A DNA stretch of 40,600 nucleotides. Source: a virus. Taxonomy: Duplodnaviria > Caudoviricetes. Position 1 is the stretch's first letter. Every line of letters begins with the position of its first letter. Below the pieces are notes generated by a model, which did not search any database, had not been told where the DNA came from, and saw only the letters and a list, made by a program, of their open reading frames with translations. Positions 26,401 through 34,525 of this stretch are shown here, piece after piece. The stretch is taken from positions 1 through 40,600 of the IMG/VR virus record IMGVR_UViG_3300017716_000369; one strand, given 5' to 3'. The position numbers and the translations under genes are program-made.

Positions 26401-29400
26401 GAGATATTAAAACCAACAGCTGCTAAATCAAAACTTGCAGCATTCAAGGCTAAGTATGTTGATAAACCAGTATATGATAGAACTAAACTAAATACTCAGG
26501 TTGAGAATGCTAAGAAGTCATTATCTAAATTACTTCCAAACGTTAAGTTCGTGGTACACGATACTAGGGAATCATTTATAGGAGTAGCTGGCAAAAACGG
26601 AAGAGGATACTACGATCCAGCAACTAAGACCATACATATAAATGCTTTAGAAGCTAACGCTAGAACAGTTGCTCACGAGGTGTTCCATTCTGTACTACTT
26701 GACAAGGTTAAGACTGATGCAAATGCAAGAGACTTAACCAAGAAAATGGTTAGTGCTATTGCTAAAACTCTTGAAGGAAATCCTGAACTTAAGAAGAATC
26801 TTGATGATTTTATTAAGAATTATGATGAGAATATTCAGAGCGAAGAGAAGGTTGCTGAGCTTTTTGGATACCTTGCCGACGGATACAGTGGATTCGATGC
26901 TCCAACTAAGTCTGTTATTAAAAGAGCTATGGACCGTCTTGCTAAGATGTTTGGTTTAAAACCATTTACAGAAGGTGAGATTGTAGATATGCTTAAAACA
27001 TTATCTGTAAAAGTTGCTACTGGTGAAGAGATTGTATCTAATGATATTAAAGCTATTTCAGAAGGTGCTTCATCTTATATATCTGAACCAACAAATATAG
27101 AAAGATTTTCAAAAACTAATGAAGAGGCTGTAATTGTTGGAGATCATAAATTATCTTTTGTAAAAGAATCTGATTTAATAGATATAGATGCTTTAATGAA
27201 GGATATAACAGCTAAAAAACAAAAAGTTTGGTTTTGGGTTGCTGATCAATTAGGAAGAGGTAATTATTTTGATAAAGTAATAGATGGAGAGCATTATTTA
27301 GATGCTGGTCCTTCATTTGCATTGGATCCTAAAAATAGAGATAGAAATGTTATTTGGGCTACTGGTAAAGAAGAGAAAGAAATAACTAAATTAATAGGAA
27401 GATCAGATTATGTATTTATTATTAGCGGTTCCGCACAAAAAAGTAAATTATTTAATAAAAAAGTATTTAATTTATTTGAAAAAAGAATAGGTGATTATGC
27501 TTCATTTAAAAAAGAAGTTTTAGATTCTAAGCCTACAAAACCTATGAGAGATGTGTTAAATGCACATAATTCATGGGAAACATTAAGAGAGGATGCGTCA
27601 GTTGATAATGCAAAAACAAAAACAATAGGTACTGGAAGAAAGAAATTTCTTATAGCATTGTTAGATGCTATGGAAAAACCAAAATCTAAATCATATAATA
27701 CTTATCAAAAAAGAAATGCTTTTGTTGATGTAAACGATATTAGAGATGGTTTCTATAAAGATAATAACTTCAATCAGAATGATATTATGTTGGTTCTTAA
27801 ACCTACTAAAATAGGAGGAAAATCAGAACATTCTACATATGAAAATGATATTTTAGGAGAAGTTGTAGGAGTACCAAACATAAAGGTTAACGCTTTTGAT
27901 ATAATGACTCCTGAAGTTAAAAATAAATATAAAAAAGTTTTACAAATAACAGAACAGCAACAGGCTGTAGCTCCTTACGGTATTGGTGTTAAGCAGATAG
28001 AGCGTTTCCAAGAATCTGAGAGTTACTCAGATATGAAGGATATTGTTAAGGACATGATCGATGAAGGAATGTCTATTACAGATATCAAAAAAACTATAGG
28101 TAGTGAGTTAGGTACTGATCAAGTTTCTTTAGCTGAATCAGCTTATAATGAGCTTACAGTTAAACCAACTAAGACTATCGTAGAACCTACAAATAACACT
28201 GAAGCATTTAGAGATAAGGTTAAAGATATCCCAGAATCTGGAAAGGTAAGCAAGTACTTGAGTGGTGAAACAATTGAAAGAGTAGAAGGAGAAGCTCCTC
28301 GTAATATTCAAGAGATAGATATTATGCCACTTGTAGAGGCTGGAACACACGGTAAAGAGACTGTGGCCATGGCCAAGGAGGTTTATGGAGATAAGTATAT
28401 TGAGAAAACTCTTGAGTTCCTTGATACCGCAAACCTAAAAGCTCACGAGAAGGCTCTTTTATATGTGTCTCTAGAGAACGAAATGTTTGACTTGGTTAAG
28501 GATAATCCAAGTCTTAAAAAACTACAAGACTTAGTGAGAGCTAAATCACAACAATTCTTACGAGAGTCTTCATTAGCCATTAATATGGGTAGATTAAGAG
28601 CAATTATGAAGGATGGATTTAATTACGAGTCTGTTACAGATAAGTTCTTATCTTCTGATCAATTAACTGGTAAAAAAGAAGTTGAAAAGGCTATTCAGTC
28701 TAATTCAGATGAAATACAGAAGGAGTATGAATCAATAGTTAGCGAGTCTGATATAGAACAACTTGTATTGAGTGGTGTTGAGAAACAGATAAACGAGATA
28801 TATAAGAAACTTCCTACAGCAAGAAGAGTTAGAGCTGATAAGGCTATATCTGCCTTAGAGAATATACAGAAGAAACTTAAAGGTAGAGCTTATGACGCTA
28901 CTATAGGTCTTCCTATTGCATTAATTGACTCTGGTATAACCGTTATCAAGAACTCTATAAAGGCTGGTGTTAATATAGCTGATGCTATTGAACTTGGTAT
29001 AAACCATATCAAAGAAAAATATGGTAAGGACTGGGCTAACGAAGGTATGTTTAGAGATGATATGACTCAAGGATTTAAGACTGAAGGAATAACTGAAAAA
29101 GAGATTAAAGCTAAAGAACTTTCTGATAAAGAAGTAGTTAAGCAATCCTTAATAGAGGCTGGATTTGGTAAGGAAATTACCGTTAAGAAAGTAAAACGTA
29201 ATATATTTGATTGGAAGAAACTTGCTGGAGAGGAAGGAAGTGTAGACAAAATAAAAGAAAATGTAGAGAAGATAATAGGAGAAGATGCTGCTAAAGACTT
29301 GGTAGACGAGTATAATAATCTTAGAGCTAGTATTATAGAAAAATCTTTAAATGAGTTAGAGAGAAGAAATATACCAAGAAAAAAAGTAAATTTAAAGACA

Positions 29401-31287
29401 AGTGCTAAAAAACTTGCCGAGCTATATAACTATGGTTTGTTTGAGAAAGAATCTGATACCTATGATCGATTAATGAATACCGCACTTGGTATGAATGAAT
29501 TAGATCAGAAGAGTTTTAATGAGGCTAAGAATTTAGCTAAGAGCTTGTCTGAGTTATTTTCTCAGAAAGATAGTGAAGGAAATCAATTGGACCAAGTATA
29601 CTTAAAACAAGCAGAGAGAACTATAAATAAGCAGATCGAAAGGTTACTTAGTAAGGTTGCTTGGTCTGAGTCTAACGGAGCCTATAAAGCTACTGTAATT
29701 GCTAAAGAGTTTATAGGTCTTGCACAAAGAAATGCGTTAGTTTCTGTTGGTCAAGCCATAGAGAATACAACATCTGGATATATTTCAAGAGCTTTTAAGA
29801 AGATTGGATTTATGTTTGATAATGTAGATACAAAATCATTAAAGGAGTCGAGAAATAAATTAGCCAGAATGACGTTTAAGGATATTACATTAGGTAATGG
29901 TCTTGAATTTGGTGATGTTACATCTCCATTTATTACAAAAAGTAAGACAATGGATTTGATAGTTAATGCAAGTGATAGTAGATTATACCACGCACTTACT
30001 TCAACTGCCCTTGGTAAACCATTCCTAGAGTCTGCAGATAGCATGCATAAGGCTGCACTTGCTCAAGGATTCTTTCATTACAACTTGATAAAGATACTTA
30101 GAAAGAAGGGTTACTCTAAATCAGAAGCTAAGAACTATGTTTCTGAGCAACTTACTGGTCAATCATTTGAAGATGCTTTAGTTACTGCAAAACAAATCAT
30201 TGATAAGATAAATGAGAACGCTGGTAAGAAGGTAATATCAGACTCTAAAGAAAGCATCTATAGATTTGCAAATGATTTAGTTAATGAAGCATTGGTTAAA
30301 GGTAATAAGATAACATTGGAAGAACTTGAGGCATCATTGAAGTCTGCAGAAACAGTTGCTGGATTTGAATTAGGTCATGAGCCAAATAACATTATATCTA
30401 AACCATTAAACTTATTCAACTCTTGGGTACAGACTAGAACAGATAGAGCTGTTAAGGATAAGAAATGGAACGATGCTGCTGCATTAACTGCTGCATCAAT
30501 AGTTACTACAAATATACTTAACCCTTATATTGGTGGTGGAACCAACTGGACACTGCTTGCTGCTCAGAAGGCAGGTATTCCTACACTAAGCACAATATAT
30601 TGGAATATTAAATCAAGAGGAAGTAAACTTGATCTTAGCACTGAAGAAGGTATGAAGAATCTTGAAAAAGATTTGAAGTATCAGTTATTGGCTAAGAATG
30701 CCAATACTAGAATGTTTATTGGTGCTGCTGTAACTTTGGCTGCATTTGCATTAGCTAGTGCAACAGGAGCAGATGATGATCTATACGATTGGTTAAAGAA
30801 AAACCCTTGGGCTAATAAGTACATGAAGAAAATAAATCCTCCAGCTGTACAATTTATGTTAGCTCAAAAAAATAAAAAACTTGGAGAGTTCTTAGGACAG
30901 CAGATGAATATAAAGGCGGATGCGTTTGATGAAGGTAAGAAAATTCAACAAGCCTTAAAGAATGCTGCTTCTGGTAAAACTCAGAAGGCATTAGGAGGAG
31001 CTGGTCAGTTAGCTGGAAGTAGATTGTCAACTCCAATTATACCTTGGAGAGTAGTAAGAGATGTTCGTGATATTTATAGAGGACTTAATGGATTACCAGA
31101 AATAAAACACGAGTATAAGGCTAGTGGATTTGCTAGTGGTTACTTCCAAGGAGGAATGATAGAGCAGATTGGACTAAGACCTGAAGACGTTAAAGATACA
31201 TCTGGAGGAAGACAGTCATCTGGAAGTAGAAGTGAAAGTGGAAGTCGAGAATCATCTGGAAACAGAACTCAGAGTGGAAGTAGATAA
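23464..31287 (+). CDS. giant multidomain (polyvalent) internal virion / ejection protein with zincin HExxH domain
   Basis: 2607 aa; last late gene; VAHEVFH...EEKVAE zincin motif; hydrophobic Gly/Ala helices near both ends; several globular modules inside. Confidence 0.75.
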   Translation: MPKKVKANGKTFTFEDDVTNEQIGIAIDEYFAGVKKKVATQPTSPKKQLASPTQTQPTPTSSDTEETQPPVESDGLGGPPKMKTFTGFTPEEQQSLRAKPVPKISKSAELISNKIRLQNELSKTKVTPKNQDEISKKTDELSKINKEATDIFDQEKRGLGSKLVDKLATGSSQLGANIAAIPELIYETFAFPQNAIAKIFEIPSLETDSEKFKKEIGINNAVKDFYKGEVAALNEKSKLLDTQYKDGIYDSFKNGDIVGGFDQLTSSFAESLPSTMSIMIGGAYAKAAQILATSTMVFGAEKNERLKEENPEMSTNARLANSLGTGLAQAGTEVLGSGSIGAAARGLFEREGEKKAFSILKDGLTEYYKGVLKKSPITASIVGEGAEEWASKISENAIDVVTGAKPSNYNVFEGGADAFLGGVFGGAVFGSGLYGLKNTMNNSDVSAVKDNTKNIFNLQSQLENPNIPENIKIDINSKIYELIDKNQKTIDENLYKIESLPEDIKSKLNESVDLISSLTEKAKEINDSNEIDLKTKSILLEDLRNKAIEANDTKSKILSGEYISETKPEIITEEAKPTTEAISPETSSNYGNLTENKDGDFVFFHVGGKGYETIKKSSGGTTATSKEEAGALSKVGGVAMYYTKPGDTEKMVSGEAKYAVTIPKEKVYDANTDSNNYAAEAETRHEEENPGKAFDANSKLAYITKIAGENGYDMVVSEWMGKTRAQTTAELTPTDVQLKEGAKISKPFEEEYVDNTAKGYKSIVPESKESKLKTVYDAINAERSTQNNYDVLYKLSGKDLTNTPQKETTKLIEESDLSQEVKDMYAEALAYEPGIRRTEAPIETQISSHKKNGGSTFLANGENKAGSDASSVSIFTERSKIIDGEITEEDINDFKEANKDLFKGNEDILAIGTLYDSKSGKTYIDVSAVVPNEQAIKLGKQYNQKAVYNLKTNEEVDTGGTGEAIEGLKPEIDRINDIREILKPTAAKSKLAAFKAKYVDKPVYDRTKLNTQVENAKKSLSKLLPNVKFVVHDTRESFIGVAGKNGRGYYDPATKTIHINALEANARTVAHEVFHSVLLDKVKTDANARDLTKKMVSAIAKTLEGNPELKKNLDDFIKNYDENIQSEEKVAELFGYLADGYSGFDAPTKSVIKRAMDRLAKMFGLKPFTEGEIVDMLKTLSVKVATGEEIVSNDIKAISEGASSYISEPTNIERFSKTNEEAVIVGDHKLSFVKESDLIDIDALMKDITAKKQKVWFWVADQLGRGNYFDKVIDGEHYLDAGPSFALDPKNRDRNVIWATGKEEKEITKLIGRSDYVFIISGSAQKSKLFNKKVFNLFEKRIGDYASFKKEVLDSKPTKPMRDVLNAHNSWETLREDASVDNAKTKTIGTGRKKFLIALLDAMEKPKSKSYNTYQKRNAFVDVNDIRDGFYKDNNFNQNDIMLVLKPTKIGGKSEHSTYENDILGEVVGVPNIKVNAFDIMTPEVKNKYKKVLQITEQQQAVAPYGIGVKQIERFQESESYSDMKDIVKDMIDEGMSITDIKKTIGSELGTDQVSLAESAYNELTVKPTKTIVEPTNNTEAFRDKVKDIPESGKVSKYLSGETIERVEGEAPRNIQEIDIMPLVEAGTHGKETVAMAKEVYGDKYIEKTLEFLDTANLKAHEKALLYVSLENEMFDLVKDNPSLKKLQDLVRAKSQQFLRESSLAINMGRLRAIMKDGFNYESVTDKFLSSDQLTGKKEVEKAIQSNSDEIQKEYESIVSESDIEQLVLSGVEKQINEIYKKLPTARRVRADKAISALENIQKKLKGRAYDATIGLPIALIDSGITVIKNSIKAGVNIADAIELGINHIKEKYGKDWANEGMFRDDMTQGFKTEGITEKEIKAKELSDKEVVKQSLIEAGFGKEITVKKVKRNIFDWKKLAGEEGSVDKIKENVEKIIGEDAAKDLVDEYNNLRASIIEKSLNELERRNIPRKKVNLKTSAKKLAELYNYGLFEKESDTYDRLMNTALGMNELDQKSFNEAKNLAKSLSELFSQKDSEGNQLDQVYLKQAERTINKQIERLLSKVAWSESNGAYKATVIAKEFIGLAQRNALVSVGQAIENTTSGYISRAFKKIGFMFDNVDTKSLKESRNKLARMTFKDITLGNGLEFGDVTSPFITKSKTMDLIVNASDSRLYHALTSTALGKPFLESADSMHKAALAQGFFHYNLIKILRKKGYSKSEAKNYVSEQLTGQSFEDALVTAKQIIDKINENAGKKVISDSKESIYRFANDLVNEALVKGNKITLEELEASLKSAETVAGFELGHEPNNIISKPLNLFNSWVQTRTDRAVKDKKWNDAAALTAASIVTTNILNPYIGGGTNWTLLAAQKAGIPTLSTIYWNIKSRGSKLDLSTEEGMKNLEKDLKYQLLAKNANTRMFIGAAVTLAAFALASATGADDDLYDWLKKNPWANKYMKKINPPAVQFMLAQKNKKLGEFLGQQMNIKADAFDEGKKIQQALKNAASGKTQKALGGAGQLAGSRLSTPIIPWRVVRDVRDIYRGLNGLPEIKHEYKASGFASGYFQGGMIEQIGLRPEDVKDTSGGRQSSGSRSESGSRESSGNRTQSGSR
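31201..31284 (+). repeat. degenerate 18-nt / 6-aa coding repeat (SGxRxx) about x5
   Basis: SGGRQS-SGSRSE-SGSRES-SGNRTQ-SGSR at the protein C-terminus. Confidence 0.75.
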
Positions 31288-31322
31288 AAAAAGCCTCCGA
31301 TTAAAGGAGGCTTTATTTTTTT
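31286..31322. terminator. bidirectional Rho-independent terminator between convergent arms
   Basis: Stem AAAGCCTCC / GGAGGCTTT with an A run upstream and a T-rich run downstream, at the strand switch. Confidence 0.88.
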
Positions 31323-31557
31323 AATCTATTAAGTCATCAATGTCAACATTAAACTCCTCAAATAGCTCATTTATGTGCTCAAATATGACGTGGAAGTCAT
31401 CTTCGTCTGTGTCATCAGCTTTGCGACTACATTTTTTATAGGAGTTATGTTTTAACTCCCATAGTAGCATTGCCATATCTTTAGATTTAACGCATCTCTT
31501 GAAGTTTTGGTTCTCTTCAAAGTCATTTAGGTTCCAAGTAATCACTGCCTTACTCAT
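31321..31557 (-). CDS. hypothetical acidic protein
   Basis: 78-aa ORF, ATGA-coupled to the upstream gene. Confidence 0.7.
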   Translation of the reverse strand: MSKAVITWNLNDFEENQNFKRCVKSKDMAMLLWELKHNSYKKCSRKADDTDEDDFHVIFEHINELFEEFNVDIDDLID

Positions 31558-33122
31558 AGCGTGGTGTATTTATTGTTTACTATATGAACGTGCTGTGCCT
31601 TACCGTTTGGATATATAACAACATTGGTATTCATCCACGAGCTAAGCCCTTTATTGTACCCTACTCGTAAATGAGTTAGTGTACCTACTGACAAGTGACC
31701 ATCAAGACGTACTGGTGAGTGAGTGTGACCTGTAATGGTCTTGGTATTCATCTGAGCAAACTGAATAGCACTTCCTCTGCTTCCATTGGCACCAATATGT
31801 CCATGAACTCCAAGCTCCCAGTCTAAAACTCTAAGACTGTCATCAATCCCTAAACAGAACGCATTGGTAACTCCAACATTATTTAAGTAAAGTGGAATAA
31901 CTCCCTTTCCAGTTTCATCCATTGCTAACATCGTAGCCAGTTGAAGGTATGCCATCTTATTGCCAGTCTTTCTCCAGTCAACATCGTTTAACCATCTATC
32001 AAGAAACTCGTCATGATTACTTCTAACAACTCCGAAGTTATACTCTGAGTGAGAATCAAAGAACTCTGCTAGATCAGAAAGTTCGTTAAACAGATCATCT
32101 GTACCATCTTCCTCACGCTTAAGTAGTTGGAATGGCTGGTTTCTTTCGTGATGGCTGATACTATGTCCATTGAACGCATCGTGTAGTATAATCTGATTAC
32201 ACTTTAACTTGTTAGCCATCTCGAACGACACTCTAAGAGCATCATCATTCGTTTCTCCAAGGTGAAGATCTCCAAATACTATAACCGTTGGTTCATTGTG
32301 ATTAGAAACAATACCTCCGAACACACAGTACTCAAGGTCGTAGAACGTACCATCTTCATCAGCAGTAACCTGTCTGATATGGAAGTCGTCTCCATCAAGT
32401 TCTACAATCACAAATCCATACGTGTGGTGAAACTCACCCTTCTTACCTACCTTAGTATCCGTATAGTTCTCAATCGAAACTGATCCAGTGGTAAGCAATA
32501 ACTTGTGAGGGTATCCATCAAGAACTGGTAATGACTTCAGGTGCATTCTAGGGTGTCCTACGATGCACGATTCAAGCCCTGTAAGCCCATTTATTCCAGA
32601 TAATGGAGTAGATGCTGTAGGCTGAATTTTAAGGTCTGACAGGATGCATAAGTGCTTATGTATTTTGTGTCTGTTTGCATCTAGGTACTGTATAACTCTT
32701 GGATGCCATGAGTTCTGAACCTCCCTATCCTTCAACGACTTGCTTGCAGATAAAGATATTGGATTTCTATAACGACCTGCTATTATATGTATCGATGCGT
32801 TTATATGAGTGGCATAGGCCTCCATATTTTCTAACAATCTGTTATTTATATCTGTCTCAGACTGACACCAAGATATAATAAATCGCTGCTTAGAGTTATC
32901 GAACACCTTCTTCTTAGCCTCCTTGAACACATCTGTTTCTTCAACCTCTGAGTTATTAGACAAATTGTTCTTCTCTAGCCATTTTGAAGCCGTTCTTCTA
33001 ACTCCGTCATTGTACATAACATTGTGTAGTGCACAAGCCATTTCACACGATTGAGTGATGCTGCTTCCATTTAAAAAAAACTCTAATACTGAATCTTTAA
33101 ACTCTTGTGTATACTTTTTCAT
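31554..33122 (-). CDS. T5 A1-like protein: N-terminal HTH, middle domain and calcineurin-like metallophosphoesterase/nuclease
   Basis: Metallophosphoesterase motifs GDLH, HDAFNG, SNHD, HGH and GHTH; middle motifs PLSG, LTTGS...NY..TK.GKKGEFHH..G..IVE and RQ.....G.FYDL match my recollection of A1-family proteins. Confidence 0.72.
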   Translation of the reverse strand: MKKYTQEFKDSVLEFFLNGSSITQSCEMACALHNVMYNDGVRRTASKWLEKNNLSNNSEVEETDVFKEAKKKVFDNSKQRFIISWCQSETDINNRLLENMEAYATHINASIHIIAGRYRNPISLSASKSLKDREVQNSWHPRVIQYLDANRHKIHKHLCILSDLKIQPTASTPLSGINGLTGLESCIVGHPRMHLKSLPVLDGYPHKLLLTTGSVSIENYTDTKVGKKGEFHHTYGFVIVELDGDDFHIRQVTADEDGTFYDLEYCVFGGIVSNHNEPTVIVFGDLHLGETNDDALRVSFEMANKLKCNQIILHDAFNGHSISHHERNQPFQLLKREEDGTDDLFNELSDLAEFFDSHSEYNFGVVRSNHDEFLDRWLNDVDWRKTGNKMAYLQLATMLAMDETGKGVIPLYLNNVGVTNAFCLGIDDSLRVLDWELGVHGHIGANGSRGSAIQFAQMNTKTITGHTHSPVRLDGHLSVGTLTHLRVGYNKGLSSWMNTNVVIYPNGKAQHVHIVNNKYTTL

Positions 33123-33243
33123 ACTTCTTTTTTATTATGTTACGATAAACATTATTTACAGACTCTTTATTACCTCCTCTGCGATATAGGTACTGCATAA
33201 CTATTAATACTCTCTGGAGAGGTGATTGTTTATGTTCTTTCAT
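33097..33243 (-). CDS. unannotated 48-aa basic protein MKEHKQSPLQRVLIVMQYLYRRGGNKESVNNVYRNIIKKKYEKVYTRV
   Basis: Hand-translated; fills the gap and overlaps both neighbours on the same strand. Confidence 0.6.
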   Translation of the reverse strand: MKEHKQSPLQRVLIVMQYLYRRGGNKESVNNVYRNIIKKKYEKVYTRV

Positions 33244-33487
33244 TTAGTTCTATTTGGATTCGTTTTAAATAAAGTGATAAGTCAAGAGCCTCTTCAAGTG
33301 CGTGAGTTACCCAACCTTTAAGGCTGATATCAGTCCTGTCAAGCGTAGTATTATATTTTTTAATACCTACCTGAGACCTTCTTAAAAGGTCGTCTCTAAC
33401 AGCCTCTACTACAAAATCCTTTGGAGGACCAAGTATCTCGTGACCATTAACTATAATATCATTTGTTGTATTTGTTGTGTATTTCAT
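33230..33487 (-). CDS. small all-alpha NTP pyrophosphohydrolase (MazG-like) protein
   Basis: R...GIKKY.TTL.R......W..HALEEALD...YL; acidic EExxD helix motif. Confidence 0.55.
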   Translation of the reverse strand: MKYTTNTTNDIIVNGHEILGPPKDFVVEAVRDDLLRRSQVGIKKYNTTLDRTDISLKGWVTHALEEALDLSLYLKRIQIELNERT

Positions 33488-33490
33488 ATT

Positions 33491-34108
33491 TTAATTATTT
33501 AGATTTCCTCTATTAAAGTGAACTTCTTTTTCAATGTGCTCATTAAATTTTTTCCAAGCATCATTATTTTCGGTGGTTGTCCATTGCCCCATTTCATCAG
33601 GTAAATGTCCGCATTCGCAATAAGTAGTATGACCACAATAACACTTTGTTACTTCTCGTGTTTCACATCCCATCTTATGTATTCCTCCCGCAAGGTGACA
33701 CTTAGGACATTTCTCGGTTATTATTTTATATCCAGTATCGATTCTCTTGAAGTCTTGAACCTTATATCCTTTGAATCCAAATGAGTCTAGTGGCATACCT
33801 CGTGATATGTATGGACCACCGCTCGGATCTAATGTATCTATCTCATTTCTTAAGCTATCTACTATTGATACGTATTTAAATCCTAAAATGTATTCTTTCT
33901 TAATATCATCATATTTATGAACAGCAGTTTTAAATTCTTCTATTGTCAATAAGGTTCCGAAATCTTTACAATAAAATTCGTATGCTCTGGTATAATCATT
34001 CGGCATACTAAAACTACACCACTCGAAGTTACCTTCCCAAAGAATGTCGTGATTCTCATCTTCGGTGAAGGTATAAATATCTCCGTATCTATTTTTATAC
34101 TCTCTCAT
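33491..34108 (-). CDS. hypothetical protein with C-terminal Cys/His motifs
   Basis: 205 aa; CPKC......HKMGC and CYCGHTTYCEC. Confidence 0.7.
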   Translation of the reverse strand: MREYKNRYGDIYTFTEDENHDILWEGNFEWCSFSMPNDYTRAYEFYCKDFGTLLTIEEFKTAVHKYDDIKKEYILGFKYVSIVDSLRNEIDTLDPSGGPYISRGMPLDSFGFKGYKVQDFKRIDTGYKIITEKCPKCHLAGGIHKMGCETREVTKCYCGHTTYCECGHLPDEMGQWTTTENNDAWKKFNEHIEKEVHFNRGNLNN

Positions 34109-34110
34109 AA

Positions 34111-34317
34111 TTATTTAGTTTCAAATTCAACTTCATATCCTAATTCCTTTAATACTGCGTGTAATCCAGTTTCTATATCTTCTCCAAGATAACTATTATC
34201 ATGTATTTCTGGATTAGGATGTTCAAGTTTTTTACCATCTAAATATAAATAAGTACCAGAGCTATAGCAACATCCGTCACCACAAGTATAGTCCCAATTC
34301 TCAAATGTTATTTTCAT
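34111..34317 (-). CDS. small hypothetical protein with CGDGCC motif
   Basis: 68 aa, ATGA-coupled to the upstream ORF. Confidence 0.7.
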   Translation of the reverse strand: MKITFENWDYTCGDGCCYSSGTYLYLDGKKLEHPNPEIHDNSYLGEDIETGLHAVLKELGYEVEFETK

Positions 34318-34472
34318 AATTCCTCCTTATTTGATTGTTGAACATCCTTTAAAACAGCAATAAGAGTCAATATACTCATATTTAACGCTATTGTATCATT
34401 ATCACATAGACTCTCGTAGATTTCATCTGTAAGGTCATTGATGTTCTTCATTGTACTGTTAATGTATTCCAT
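34314..34472 (-). CDS. unannotated 52-aa protein MEYINSTMKNINDLTDEIYESLCDNDTIALNMSILTLIAVLKDVQQSNKEEL
   Basis: Hand-translated; A-rich leader, upstream -7 element, and a TGA that overlaps the next ATG. Confidence 0.65.
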   Translation of the reverse strand: MEYINSTMKNINDLTDEIYESLCDNDTIALNMSILTLIAVLKDVQQSNKEEL

Positions 34473-34485
34473 ATCTTTTTTTTAT

Positions 34486-34493
34486 CAAATTTA
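34486..34493 (-). promoter_or_regulatory. -7 promoter element TAAATTTG (minus strand)
   Basis: TAnnTTTG match in the intergenic region, 13 nt before ATG 34472. Confidence 0.55.
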
Positions 34494-34525
34494 TAAACAA
34501 AAACGTTTAGTTATATATAAAGTTA

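Noticed and set aside
1061-31036. Many short ORFs antisense to, or out of frame within, the late genes (e.g. 1061-1375, 4657-5519, 9171-9512, 24921-31036)
   Set aside because: They are fully nested in long motif-bearing genes on the coding strand and have no recognisable motifs; treated as shadow ORFs.
23464-31287. crAss-type virion RNA polymerase
   Set aside because: No DFDxD/DxDGD catalytic motif was seen; the protein looks like a polyvalent ejection protein instead.
33000-33122. Transposase-like HTH start (MKKYTQEFKDSV)
   Set aside because: It is fused to the A1-like protein; there is no DDE domain, terminal inverted repeat or target duplication.
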